A stretch of 64,000 bases of DNA. Origin: a phage. Every line of letters starts with the position of its first letter. Positions within the stretch are counted from its first letter, which is position 1. Below the pieces are notes generated by a model. The model saw nothing but the letters and a program-made list of their open reading frames with translations, made no database searches and had not been told where the DNA came from. Where the stretch lies: sequence record NC_101837.1. One strand, written 5' to 3'. A program made the position numbers and the translations under genes. Shown piece by piece: positions 36,947 to 47,035 of this stretch.

Positions 36947-37198
36947 ATGACGAAGATTGACTTAAATGCTGGAGACCATGTTGTTGTCAAATGCATCGGA
37001 GATTATCTTGGATTCACAATCGGCAATACTTACGAGGCGGTAGTGGCGAAGGTTTACCATGATAAAGTCCTCAGTCTTGTATTTGACTGCGATGATGATG
37101 GGGATGACCGATACGTCTGTGAGGTGCTGGCACGAGACGATAGTGAAGACCAGAAATTCCTGGTTATTGAACTGAACGGTATTTTTGTAGAACGTTAA
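36947..37198 (+). CDS. hypothetical protein
   Basis: Internal ATG of track ORF 36881..37198 after AAGGAG. Confidence 0.4.
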   Translation: MTKIDLNAGDHVVVKCIGDYLGFTIGNTYEAVVAKVYHDKVLSLVFDCDDDGDDRYVCEVLARDDSEDQKFLVIELNGIFVER

Positions 37199-37226
37199 TT
37201 TAAAACAACATAAGGAGACTCTTACT

Positions 37227-37532
37227 ATGGCTAAATCTAAAGTTGAACTGTTCACCTCTCTTCCTTCTGACACTGCAGAGCGTGATCGCCTTCGCAAAAC
37301 AATCGAAGAACTGGTAGAACTCCAACTTCAGATTAAAGATCTGAAAGATGCCATTAAGGATATCATTCTCGTTGAGAAGCAGGATCACCTGTATTCTCCT
37401 AAATTCATCAAATCTCTGGTGGCTACCGAGTTCGATATTCGCTATGAGGCTGAAAAACGTCGCGCTAAAATCGAAGAAGAGGTTGAGCACATGTCTGAGG
37501 CAGACATTCTGTTCAAACGCTCTGTAGAATAA
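37227..37532 (+). CDS. hypothetical charged protein (101 aa)
   Basis: AAGGAG RBS. Confidence 0.45.
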   Translation: MAKSKVELFTSLPSDTAERDRLRKTIEELVELQLQIKDLKDAIKDIILVEKQDHLYSPKFIKSLVATEFDIRYEAEKRRAKIEEEVEHMSEADILFKRSVE

Positions 37533-37537
37533 TGACA

Positions 37538-37564
37538 AAGAGGGGGGCTTGGGCCCCTCTTTTT
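37538..37564 (+). terminator. intrinsic terminator
   Basis: GC-rich hairpin AGAGGGG...CCCCTCT then TTTTT. Confidence 0.65.
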
Positions 37565-37587
37565 ACTATCTATGAAGGAGATTTGAG

Positions 37588-37914
37588 ATGGGTATGCCGA
37601 TTACTGTAAAAGAGCTAAATGAACGTGATGCAGGTGGTCTATGGCCTGCACGAAAAATCCGCTGCGTCTATATGAAAGAGAATCTTGAACATCTTGATCA
37701 ACAGGTAAAGGTCGGCGATATTTTCGAGGTCTTCTATTCCAATCGGCGCAACTGGGAAACCATTCAGCCTTCTGGTTTTGTTCTTGCCAAACTTGACACT
37801 GGAGAAGTGATTATCCCTGGGTTGGATATTGTCTTCGAAATTATCCAAGAGTGGGATCCGGATAAGATTAGATACGAAGAATTATTCGGTAAAGGTATTA
37901 TCAAACCTGTGTGA
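37588..37914 (+). CDS. hypothetical protein (108 aa)
   Basis: AAGGAG RBS. Confidence 0.45.
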   Translation: MGMPITVKELNERDAGGLWPARKIRCVYMKENLEHLDQQVKVGDIFEVFYSNRRNWETIQPSGFVLAKLDTGEVIIPGLDIVFEIIQEWDPDKIRYEELFGKGIIKPV

Positions 37915-38222
37915 GGTGGATTATGTCTACAAAGGCGGCTAAATACTCCTATATGCCATCAACCTCTGCAGAGGTAGACTTTAGTTTCGATGTGTTTCCA
38001 CTGTTTGAGGTGATTCTGGCATACCCAACAATACTATCTACTCCTGAATCACTTGTACCTGTTAAGTTGCAGAACGCTATGCATTCTATGCACTACAACA
38101 ATAAATGTAGGCACAGATGGTGTCAGGACGAGGAAAAAGATTTGGATAGTTTGAGGGATTTTGACAGTCACCTTTTGACACCTTTCAGCTACTCCAACCT
38201 TGATAAGCCCTCATGGGTATAG
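37911..38222 (+). CDS. hypothetical protein (103 aa)
   Basis: ATGA coupling. Confidence 0.4.
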   Translation: MRWIMSTKAAKYSYMPSTSAEVDFSFDVFPLFEVILAYPTILSTPESLVPVKLQNAMHSMHYNNKCRHRWCQDEEKDLDSLRDFDSHLLTPFSYSNLDKPSWV

Positions 38223-38246
38223 CAAAATATCAAATTTAAGACACCT

Positions 38247-38276
38247 AGGACGCTCTGTGGCGTCCTTTTCTTTATC
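38247..38276 (+). terminator. intrinsic terminator
   Basis: AGGACGC-TCTGTG-GCGTCCT then TTTTCTTT. Confidence 0.65.
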
Positions 38277-38435
38277 TGGTGCACGATTGCATACCTTGGA
38301 CAGATAATCTCGTTACAGAGCGTTTAAGAGCTTTCTACAAACAAGTCTCTCTTTCGAGCGTAGCGAGAACGCACGTCCGTTTTGACCCAAATCACCATAC
38401 GCTCGGATTTTAACCAAACCCTCGCGGCGTTTCTG

Positions 38436-38464
38436 TTGACACATTACCGCTCTCGTGATAGTAT
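38436..38464 (+). promoter_or_regulatory. sigma70-like promoter
   Basis: TTGACA, 17 bp, TAGTAT. Confidence 0.55.
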
Positions 38465-38484
38465 CCACACATCGTTTGGAGAAT

Positions 38485-38586
38485 ATGGGATACACAATGA
38501 GAACATTGTCTGAAGTTTTAGTGGTGATCCTGATGATTATTACGTCCATAGCGGCTGTTGCCGGAATACTCACAGGTGGAACATGA
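38485..38586 (+). CDS. small hydrophobic peptide (33 aa)
   Basis: MGYTMRTLSEVLVVILMIITSIAAVAGILTGGT; stop overlaps next ATG (ATGA). Confidence 0.4.
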   Translation: MGYTMRTLSEVLVVILMIITSIAAVAGILTGGT

Positions 38587-38795
38587 TCAACACACATGCA
38601 TCTGAAGAGACATCCAAAGGAGTGACCATATGTCCATTGGCTGAGCCAGTGAAAGGGGAAAACTTCGATTCTGAAGATTCTCCATCTTCGCTCCAGGTAG
38701 ATCCTGAGGCTGATGACTTGACGTGGGGAGACATCGTAGATATCTGGTTCTCTATTATGCCTGAGCACGAAGAGTTCAGAGGTGGTAGACTATGA
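38583..38795 (+). CDS. hypothetical acidic protein (70 aa)
   Basis: Coupled to upstream peptide. Confidence 0.4.
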   Translation: MINTHASEETSKGVTICPLAEPVKGENFDSEDSPSSLQVDPEADDLTWGDIVDIWFSIMPEHEEFRGGRL

Positions 38796-38917
38796 AGCAC
38801 CGAGCCCACACAGGTTCCTCATGCTAAAGCATGGCCTGAAGAGGCAAACGTGCATAATTCCAGCGTATTGGAACGCATAAAACCCTGTTCACACTCTCAT
38901 TTTCCAGAGGAGATTTC

Positions 38918-39133
38918 ATGAAGATAGAAATATTTGGTGGGGCTGACAACACTCGTGGCCTGATTTACCTTGAATTCGATGAATCATACCTGCCAGAGGT
39001 GTTAAATATAGACTCTGTTGCTGAGGCTTTGGGAGTAAACCCTAAAGAACTCCACTCTTGTGCTGAGATCGATGGTTGGGAAGAGACCATGAACATTGAT
39101 TTCAGTGAAGTAGAGGATGAACCGCTGGACTGA
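38918..39133 (+). CDS. hypothetical acidic protein (71 aa)
   Basis: AGAGGAG RBS. Confidence 0.4.
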   Translation: MKIEIFGGADNTRGLIYLEFDESYLPEVLNIDSVAEALGVNPKELHSCAEIDGWEETMNIDFSEVEDEPLD

Positions 39134-39260
39134 CACACAATTAGCTGCCCGGCTAAAGTGCTGGAAGCACCTATAACACATCTTTCAACTAAATTTCCTA
39201 CCACCACAATCACTTACCTCCCACACATGACTGTTTGCTTGTTTAGTGAGCAGTCATGCC

Positions 39261-39288
39261 TTGACATTCTTGCCTATCTTGATAAAAT
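39261..39288 (+). promoter_or_regulatory. sigma70-like promoter with no ORF downstream
   Basis: TTGACA, 16 bp, TAAAAT; downstream 250 nt is purine-rich and non-coding. Confidence 0.45.
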
Positions 39289-40663
39289 TAAGTTCTTCTC
39301 TTTTCTTTTACCGAGTAATTCGGGTTTTCTGTTCTCTTCGGTTTGAAGGGGTATGGAGATACACCTGAGTGAACAGGGTGAACAACCGAACCTTTGGCTA
39401 TGGCATTAGCATGGCGAAGCGGACGGGTGACGAAAGAGGGGCCGGAGGACACCAGTCACTGCCATATGATATATGGGTGATAACCTGAAGAGTCTGAATA
39501 AGTGTTTAAGTACCAGTCAGAGGAAAAGGTGAATGGTAGCCGAAGGGGGATGGGGGGTTTCTTGTATCTTTAATTTGTATATTATGTATACACTTGTAAA
39601 CCAATCTCATCTGAATCTGTTTACCACACAAAGCGGATAGAGACAAATATCACCTATTAAACTTGAATTATTTATAGAAAATACCACAACACCAATTAAG
39701 TCTTTGATTTTAAACACAAATCCTACAGATATTCAACCTCCATATTTAACATACTCGTAACATATTCCATACTCTACCTGTCTGATCAATTTACCCAACT
39801 ACATCCCCATATTTTCCCTGTCTGTACTACCCCATCCCCGCCGGGAGTCCCGTCATATCTGGCTTTCCAGCAAATATCACACCCACAAATATCATTGCCT
39901 GAAGAGGGTTTCATCCCATAATACATGCCTTACATGAAGAGCGCTTCATACACCACGTAAATTTTTTAATTGACCTCCCCGCCGCCGGAGAGGTTGGCTT
40001 TTCCCCACACAGACCTGAAGAGTCAGCCAGAAATATCTGAACAGGTCCAGTTCTGCCTTGTCATGAGCCGTAGCGACTGGAGTGCTGCCAGGCGGACGGA
40101 ATGGGAATACTTCTCATTCTTATAATAATTCTCAAATATCGAGGCAGTGAGGCAAATTAATAGGTGAGGCCGTTCACACAGTGGCACAACATTTGCAATC
40201 TATTTTGTGGGGGTGAATGAGAATACCTATCATTGTGAGAACTGTTATCATTACGGGCAATTTAACATAATACCCATTATGCGCACCACTGGCGATCCAT
40301 ACAGGGATTGATAACATGAGTTACAGTTTACGCATATAACAATCATATTTCTTACTATTTGTGTGGGATATAGTTAGCAGCCGATAGATTAGATATTGAC
40401 CTGTGGACTTCCAACCGTCTAGACGTCTAAACGCCCACACAACAAGGATTATACATACATTACTGAATGTAAACAGGGCCGCAAAAATGCTACCATACCA
40501 GTTTGTAAATTTTTCATGCAGCACTTGACAAAGAGAGGAAAAACTTGTCTGACATGCTGGGCATACTTCACACCTTAAACATACTCAACACTGGATACAA
40601 TAACAATTGTTACTATTGCATGCCTCACTGTTCACGTATAGACTATTTGCTCAAAAATGATAA

Positions 40664-40955
40664 GCCATGCCATTCGTTTGCATGATAACAATAACGATCA
40701 ACAACAATAAAGACTGAAATGATAACGTTGTTGATTTGACTGACTAACAATTAACAGGCTAATAATCTATGACATAATATAAAAGCAGGGCAACTATTAG
40801 CAGATCTATAGTTGCCTTGCTTGTTATGTCATGATTAACTAAATACAAGGCAACTATGATCTGATTAATAGTTTGCAGACAAACTATCACGGGGGTGATG
40901 GTTACTGCTTTTATATTATGTCGCGACTCCGTCGCGCCATGCCATTCGTTTGCAT
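40664..40955. repeat. composite repeat: 20-bp direct repeats flanking 18-bp inverted repeats and iteron-like motifs
   Basis: GCCATGCCATTCGTTTGCAT at about 40664 and 40936; GACATAATATAAAAGCAG (40771) and its reverse complement (40905); AAGGCAACTAT-like motif in both orientations between them. Confidence 0.5.
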
Positions 40956-41616
40956 AGTTGCCTTATTGTTACAGATAAAATAATTGTATTGTTAATTATT
41001 TCTTATCTTTCTATTAGTCATCTAATGATTCCAGTTAGTATAGTAACGTACAGTAAACATTAGACGACTAAAGATTTCTCTGATTATGATAACTTGCCGT
41101 GACAATTTCAGACTGTTTACGAAAAATGTTGACACCTGAGCTGATTTATGTTATGCAATTTAAACGAATAATTATTTTATGCAGGTATTGACTATTCTGT
41201 TATCCTATGGTCGGAATAAATACTTAGCAGGCTATAGAATGGTGAGCGTACGTAAATTCTGAGATCTGTCGGCTATAGTTATACTCGATTTTTCACGTAG
41301 AACACGCTTTTTGGTTTGTGTAAGTGTATGACTTATAAAGATTTTTAGTTGTTGACAAGATATTGAAGATGTGCATCAGGTTAAATTTTGTGCAATAGCT
41401 GCATTACGTGCAATTTTGGAAGGAAAACGGGTAAAAATAGCACCGCTACCACACAATGAAAGGTTATGCAATAGTTATTTTACATGTATATTTGTACAGT
41501 GTGTGGGATTGATGGCTCGTCAATTATTCCACTTGCCAGGTAGGGCCGTTTATGGTAGGGAGGAAGAGCAGACAAAAAGAAAGGGACCTAAGCCCCTTGA
41601 TAATTCAGTTAAAAAA

Positions 41617-42036
41617 TTATAATGATTCGTATATTTCAAAAATCCGATTTGCCAGGTCGTTACGGTACCGGAATTTTTCATCACGTTTGATCATAAGATC
41701 TTTATAGCCGTACTCTTTAAGCACTTCATTAACTTTATGGCGGCACACCTTCATATTATCCTGAGCGTCACCAATAAACCTGTTGCTATGGTGCATGGCT
41801 TTAATTTCTTCTTCCAGGACCAGGGCAACTATGCGGACCGGATCAAGCTGATAGGCGGTAACATCCATGCGGCATTGTAAACGGCTTTTTACGTCTGCCA
41901 CCGGATATACTGCAACCTCTTCCCCGTCAACATTGACAATAATTAGTTTACCATCGATTTCGAATCCTTTCGCCGCCGGACCGTGACAAAAAGCGTTATC
42001 AAAGCTATATGCCGGATTATTAGATTTAATGTTCAT
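41617..42036 (-). CDS. hypothetical protein (139 aa)
   Basis: Last gene of leftward block. Confidence 0.45.
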   Translation of the reverse strand: MNIKSNNPAYSFDNAFCHGPAAKGFEIDGKLIIVNVDGEEVAVYPVADVKSRLQCRMDVTAYQLDPVRIVALVLEEEIKAMHHSNRFIGDAQDNMKVCRHKVNEVLKEYGYKDLMIKRDEKFRYRNDLANRIFEIYESL

Positions 42037-42179
42037 GGTGTTTTTACCTCTTAGTTAATTTTCTTACAACTTCCCTTCAAAAAAGAATATAGCAAAACTG
42101 CCGATCCCTGTCAACCAGGGATAGCATAATTTTTATGTGATCAAGGGGCTTTAAGCCCCTGACCGTGCACCTTGTTGTA

Positions 42180-42443
42180 TTATTTGTTGCTCATCCAGTT
42201 TTCCCAAGCTGCCTGATAATCTGCCTCACTACGGCGGATCTCTTCTTGCTCTTCAAGTCGGATCTCTTCTTCCAGGTACCCCAAGATGTCAGCCTTTTTG
42301 GTCTGGCGTAGCATCCAGTCATCTTTTTTGCGAGTGAAGATCTTATAAGCTTTCTCGCAAACCTCTTTTTTGCTACCTTTCTGGACTTCAAGAACACGAT
42401 AAGCCATATATTGAACTAATTTGAGCTGATCAAGGCGTTTCAT
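42180..42443 (-). CDS. hypothetical charged protein
   Basis: Tiled ORF. Confidence 0.45.
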   Translation of the reverse strand: MKRLDQLKLVQYMAYRVLEVQKGSKKEVCEKAYKIFTRKKDDWMLRQTKKADILGYLEEEIRLEEQEEIRRSEADYQAAWENWMSNK

Positions 42444-42505
42444 GATGTTTTTCCTCTTTATGTGGTTTTTGTTTAGTGGGCCTTTTGGCCCGTGTCATTA
42501 TCTTA

Positions 42506-42778
42506 TTACTTACGGCGGCAGAATTCAAGCGTTTTTAATTGATAATCTTCCTCAGCCTGGAGTACAACCGCCTCGATCATTTCGTTGGCATTGTTGAAGC
42601 CATATCCTTTAGCGAATTCATCCGCACCACCTTCGTGATCATGTTCTGCGTTCATCGCTTCCACGAAATGGAATTCAAGATTATTGAGATAAGGGCTTGA
42701 TGTTCCGTCCTCTTTTTCGATGAGATCCCAAATAGCATTGAAACGTGATTCAACTTCTTGGTTAATCCAGCTTAACAT
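42506..42778 (-). CDS. hypothetical acidic protein
   Basis: Internal ATG with GGAAGAGAGG RBS in track ORF 42506..42862. Confidence 0.45.
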   Translation of the reverse strand: MLSWINQEVESRFNAIWDLIEKEDGTSSPYLNNLEFHFVEAMNAEHDHEGGADEFAKGYGFNNANEMIEAVVLQAEEDYQLKTLEFCRRK

Positions 42779-42991
42779 GGCGTTTTCCTCTCTTCCGGTT
42801 GTTGTGTGGGCGCTTTTGCCCCCTTCGAGATAAATGCTACCCCACCACCTGGCAGATGTCAACGGTTTTTATAGTTTTTATATAGCAGGCACACCCGGTG
42901 ATTGTCTCCCCCCCGTCGCCAGGTGCCTGCCGTGAAACAAGTATAACAAAAAACAGGACCATTGCAAGCCCTGTTTTGTAGTTTATAAGGA

Positions 42992-43183
42992 TTATATTTT
43001 TTCGCCTATGTAGTCCGGTCGGTTTTTCTCTGTCATGCGCTTTAGCAATTCTTGCATGTTACTTATGGCTTGTAGTGTATCCCCTTCCAGGCTTGAATCG
43101 ACATAATCAGGATCGTCTATGACCTTTCTATGATTATGATAACGCAGTACCGCCAATACCTTTCTAACTTGTTCGATATTCAT
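42992..43183 (-). CDS. hypothetical protein (63 aa)
   Basis: Tiled ORF. Confidence 0.4.
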   Translation of the reverse strand: MNIEQVRKVLAVLRYHNHRKVIDDPDYVDSSLEGDTLQAISNMQELLKRMTEKNRPDYIGEKI

Positions 43184-43195
43184 TTTTACCGCTCT

Positions 43196-43330
43196 TTAAA
43201 ACAAGGTGCCAACCGTTTCCAATAGATCACTGACTACCAGGACAATACCGATCAGCACATACCTAACCATAAGGAGAAAGAGCGCCAGCGATCCCGCCAC
43301 AATCCCCAAGGTGATGATTATCTTTCTCAT
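43196..43330 (-). CDS. small hydrophobic peptide (44 aa)
   Basis: ATG 2 nt after upstream stop; MRKIIITLGIVAGSLALFLLMV... Confidence 0.3.
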   Translation of the reverse strand: MRKIIITLGIVAGSLALFLLMVRYVLIGIVLVVSDLLETVGTLF

Positions 43331-43332
43331 GG

Positions 43333-43617
43333 TTAACGGTTTACGTAAGTTTTCCCGTTTACGGTGATGGGCAGATCCTCCAGGTCTGGATCTTCCTTAA
43401 GGTCGCGAGCAAGTTCACCGCACCGGACACCCTCGAATCCGTAGTACTCTGTCGTGCCGTCCTTAAAAGTTTTAGCGGCAAGGCATAAGCGATAAGTAAC
43501 CCCGATTCGATTGACGGCATGAATATCCGTTAGATTAACCTCTTTTGCCAGCTCTTTAGCCATTACAGGCGCATTAAGTCCAACAACCAGGGCAACCACT
43601 GCGATCATCTTTTTCAT
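43333..43617 (-). CDS. secreted/periplasmic small protein
   Basis: Signal peptide MKKMIAVVALVVGLNAPVMA. Confidence 0.5.
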   Translation of the reverse strand: MKKMIAVVALVVGLNAPVMAKELAKEVNLTDIHAVNRIGVTYRLCLAAKTFKDGTTEYYGFEGVRCGELARDLKEDPDLEDLPITVNGKTYVNR

Positions 43618-43708
43618 TGTGTCTATCCTCTTTCTGCTACGTTTAAGGCGGCGGTAACCGCCTGTTTATGCTTTGTTGGTTAATTTTCGGGTATCGGTAT
43701 AAATTAAA

Positions 43709-43924
43709 CTATGCTGTACGCTCAACTATAACAACGGTTTGAGGGATCTCACCTTCCACCACTATCAAGGCCTTTTTCTGCGTGATGGATATCTTTACCC
43801 GTTGCAGCGTGGCGGTGAAGTCTTTCATTTCGTCACGTGGTGTTTTAGTGCAATACCAGATCTCAGGCTTGCCGATCTGTAAGTTGCGTAAAAATTCCGT
43901 TTTGCCTGTTTTGTTAGTGATCAT
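43709..43924 (-). CDS. hypothetical protein
   Basis: Tiled ORF. Confidence 0.4.
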   Translation of the reverse strand: MITNKTGKTEFLRNLQIGKPEIWYCTKTPRDEMKDFTATLQRVKISITQKKALIVVEGEIPQTVVIVERTA

Positions 43925-44379
43925 TTGCCAACCTCACCCGATACCGTTGGAAGACAAGATCACATTAGCCATGGTTGCAATCAGGCCAATACCCAGGGCA
44001 ATAACCAGGATCACCGCATCAATTAATTTCTGTTTCATTTTGTTTTCCTCTTCTTGTTCCAGGTGGCGGACCATTCCACCGCCTTATGTATTATGCTTTG
44101 TAAGATGGTTGTTTGTTTTCAAACTATTTTAACGATAATCATCGTACGCTTTATTAACCTGGCGAATATAACATTCAAAAGCCAGATCAATAGATTTATA
44201 TTCACGGATATACTCACCATAGGAAACCACATACATTTCTATAGCTTCCTCATATGCGAGGAGAATAGAATCCAAGCCTACGATCTCAGTCTTTGCAATA
44301 ATAGCCATGATTTTTATCCTCTTTGTGGTTGGTGGGGCTTGCCCCTTTGATTTATATACTACAGTCTTATATGGTCATG

Positions 44380-44613
44380 TCAACTATTTTCAAAAAATTT
44401 TTCTGCTGTGATATTTTTCCCGGTAGGGTTCGCTACTTTCAAAATTTTATCATGCACTGGACGCCCAAAAGAATAAGCGCCGTACACAGTACACCAATAA
44501 TCGCCGTCAGGCTGTACTATTACCGCCGCATAGGGTACGCCTTTTTCGTTTTTGCTGACAAAATAGATCACGTTGCCATTAATAGCCTCGGCGCGTTTAA
44601 TTTGTTCCATCAT
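44380..44613 (-). CDS. hypothetical protein (77 aa)
   Basis: Promoter/hairpin/RBS context. Confidence 0.45.
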   Translation of the reverse strand: MMEQIKRAEAINGNVIYFVSKNEKGVPYAAVIVQPDGDYWCTVYGAYSFGRPVHDKILKVANPTGKNITAEKFFENS

Positions 44614-44668
44614 GATGATTTGCCTCTCTTTATTTTCATAATTGGGGGCCTTTTCGGCCCCGCCAGGT

Positions 44669-44953
44669 TTATTTGTTGATAGCGTGCAGCGGGAAAGGTA
44701 CGCCAGGTTGATAGATAACTTTTACAACCTCATCAGGGCAAAAGAAATTACAAAATTCACCCTGATAAGCCTCATCCTCTTTTAATTCTTCATCAACATA
44801 CTGGAAAAAGTAGTCAATGCTTGGATAATCCTGACCGGGATTATATTCAACCATGGTTAATAACAATTCTTGATCATTCCGTATGATATGCATACCAGCT
44901 TTTAAGTATTTGGCTTCCATTTCTACTACATCGCCAACGGTAACAATAGCCAT
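44669..44953 (-). CDS. hypothetical acidic protein
   Basis: Tiled ORF. Confidence 0.45.
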   Translation of the reverse strand: MAIVTVGDVVEMEAKYLKAGMHIIRNDQELLLTMVEYNPGQDYPSIDYFFQYVDEELKEDEAYQGEFCNFFCPDEVVKVIYQPGVPFPLHAINK

Positions 44954-45160
44954 GGTTTTAACTCCTATCTATCCGGTTAATGATTGGAGGCCTCACCGCC
45001 CCCCCGACACCCTTTATTATCCATATTGTAGGACTTGATGCAAGTACTTCTTTAAAAATTTTTTAAGCGCCTTGGGGGCCGCTGTAACGCCAAAATAATA
45101 AAGGCTATGCAACCGCATAGCCTTTATGTGATTATATCGCTGCAGGCCCTGCCAGGGGCC

Positions 45161-45511
45161 TTATTTTGCATTCTTTCCTATATTGCCGCTACGGTACCAG
45201 CGTTTACGGTGAAAATGGTAATAATCACCATCGGCATTAAACATTAGATGATTTTCAATAACCAGCTTACGAAGGTGGGCCGGATCTTGTTCCATTCTTG
45301 CCAGATTCTGGCGGCTGTTACGTAAGCGGATAAATTCCATATTCAGGCCGTTGATTGCAGCATGGATGTCAAAGTAACCACCTTTGAGACGTTCACGCAT
45401 GGAGTTAAGCTCAACACAATATACAGATTTCTCACAAATCAAGGTATTAGCCAGGGCGCGGACCTGGGCAAGGGGGTTAAGCTCATTAAGGTAATATAGT
45501 TTTACTTTCAT
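45161..45511 (-). CDS. hypothetical protein (116 aa)
   Basis: Tiled ORF. Confidence 0.45.
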   Translation of the reverse strand: MKVKLYYLNELNPLAQVRALANTLICEKSVYCVELNSMRERLKGGYFDIHAAINGLNMEFIRLRNSRQNLARMEQDPAHLRKLVIENHLMFNADGDYYHFHRKRWYRSGNIGKNAK

Positions 45512-45528
45512 AAAATCACCTGCTGAAA

Positions 45529-45849
45529 TTAGTTTGAGAAAACATCGTTCACAATAGCGATCACAATGCCGCCCACCTTGTCACGGTCAACAATGCACAA
45601 ATCACCATAGATCATGTGGTAGTCTGGATGATCTTTCACGGAATAATCAATGAGTGTTTTCTTGTCATCCAGCTTACTAACTTCCATTCTCATAACGATA
45701 TGAGAATCATCAAAGGCATTATTCCGAAAAGTCATAACCTGACCGCCAGGGCACCCGGTGATTTCCACCTCCACGCCGTCTACGATCTGACCATCAAAGA
45801 AATAAAGATTATTAGCCTGGATAAACATGATCATTACTCCTTTTTGCAC
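45529..45849 (-). CDS. hypothetical protein
   Basis: GTG start, AGGAG RBS. Confidence 0.45.
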   Translation of the reverse strand: MQKGVMIMFIQANNLYFFDGQIVDGVEVEITGCPGGQVMTFRNNAFDDSHIVMRMEVSKLDDKKTLIDYSVKDHPDYHMIYGDLCIVDRDKVGGIVIAIVNDVFSN

Positions 45850-45872
45850 TGATTATTTTAACAGGGTTTAAA

Positions 45873-45916
45873 TTTACTTTATTGATGGCCCTGGAGTCAA
45901 GGCCATCTAAAAATAA
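45873..45916 (-). repeat. 44-bp repeated intergenic hairpin element, copy A
   Basis: TTTACTTTATTGATGGCCCTGGAGTCAAGGCCATCTAAAAATAA; GATGGCC/GGCCATC stem; 1 mismatch vs copies B and C. Confidence 0.6.
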
Positions 45917-45919
45917 ATT

Positions 45920-46120
45920 TTACAGGCCTACAATCTCTTTAATTCGTTTTACTGCTGCCTCAGCGCCTTGAGGGTAAAAATTATGGTAACCAATCACGCG
46001 AGTGATACTAATCGCCGTTTGATGATCTTCATAATCACCTTTAAAGATTTCTTGACCGTCAATCAGCACGGCAATTTTTTCTTCTTTTTTGAAGTTAATA
46101 ACGCGGATATTGTTGCTCAT
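45920..46120 (-). CDS. hypothetical protein (66 aa)
   Basis: Tiled ORF ending 4 nt before repeat element. Confidence 0.45.
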   Translation of the reverse strand: MSNNIRVINFKKEEKIAVLIDGQEIFKGDYEDHQTAISITRVIGYHNFYPQGAEAAVKRIKEIVGL

Positions 46121-46400
46121 TTTGTTTCTCCTTTTGGAACTTTGTCTATGCGGTGGGGAGTGTCTCCCCGTTGATTGTTATTATCCATATTCTGGATCGG
46201 ATTGCAACACTCAGGGAGAAAAAAATTTGAAAAGTTAGGCCCCAGGGATCGGGGCCGTTATCAATTACTTACAGCGATAAAATACATCCCTACGCCTAAC
46301 AATATTTCAAGGGCGATGATCTCAAGCCATACCATAACACGGCGCGCCTTATCGGTGCGGGGCTTATCCTTGGGTGTCATCGTCTCCCCCTTTCCTCCTG

Positions 46401-46622
46401 TTAGCAGTGACGTGGTTTGCAATGGCCCCCAGGAGTATTATCACCACGCACATTACAAGAAAAATTATCTCTGTCGTTGTTCGATCCATTGTTATAAAAT
46501 TCCTTAAGATCAGGCCTGAAAATAAAGCTTTCGTTATTGAATCCATCCCGCCAGGCGGCTGGCTTCAAATCTTCACTAAAGGGGTTAATTAACGTGGCAT
46601 TATTTAAACGGCTGGTCCACAT
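46401..46622 (-). CDS. hypothetical Cys-containing protein
   Basis: ATG 46622 with GAGAGGAA RBS; overlaps small hydrophobic ORFs in other frames. Confidence 0.35.
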   Translation of the reverse strand: MWTSRLNNATLINPFSEDLKPAAWRDGFNNESFIFRPDLKEFYNNGSNNDRDNFSCNVRGDNTPGGHCKPRHC

Positions 46623-46971
46623 ATTTTCTATTCCTCTCAAATAGGCGATCCGCCTCAGTTAAACAAATCTCATGGGCGTGATCTCTGGTTTTAGCTTCAT
46701 CGAAAACCTGTTGTGCAAGGCTGCAACGTAGGGAGACTGGAAGATCGCTGTAGTAGGCGTTGACAAATGTTTGAGCGTCGTACAGGTCTGAAAATACTTT
46801 ACCCTTTCTATTATTCCCCTTGTCAACAATTGCAAGGATAACAAGTACAATAGTTGCAACCACCCCCAGGAAAATAGATATAATAAACCATAAAAAAGCG
46901 GATCTACCCATCTTGCCAGCGATCCAGGCGTTGAACAAGGCAACTACTACAGCCAAAATAATAAATTCCAT
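46600..46971 (-). CDS. membrane protein (N-terminal TM helices)
   Basis: ATG 46971 with AAGAGG RBS inside track ORF 46600..47106. Confidence 0.45.
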   Translation of the reverse strand: MEFIILAVVVALFNAWIAGKMGRSAFLWFIISIFLGVVATIVLVILAIVDKGNNRKGKVFSDLYDAQTFVNAYYSDLPVSLRCSLAQQVFDEAKTRDHAHEICLTEADRLFERNRKYVDQPFK

Positions 46972-47035
46972 TCTATGTACCTCTTTTGCAGTTCTGTTTA
47001 ACAATAAGGCGGCAAATATGCCGCCTGTTACCTGA

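Noticed and set aside
38313-38768. 151-aa minus-strand ORF
   Set aside because: Antisense to three short plus-strand genes that have a promoter, RBSs and translational coupling; no RBS of its own.
39158-39346. 62-aa plus-strand ORF with GTG start
   Set aside because: Spans the promoter at 39261 and a downstream hairpin; no RBS; low-complexity product.
39150-41370. Possible tRNA gene cluster in the long non-coding zone
   Set aside because: No T-loop GGTTCGAATCC-like motifs or cloverleaf-compatible acceptor/T-arm pairings were seen on either strand; needs tRNAscan-SE to exclude formally.
46364-46546. 60-aa minus-strand track ORF start at 46546
   Set aside because: No RBS at the annotated start; only the C-terminal 41 codons from ATG 46489 look plausible, and that overlaps 46401-46622 in another frame, so it was left out of the feature list.
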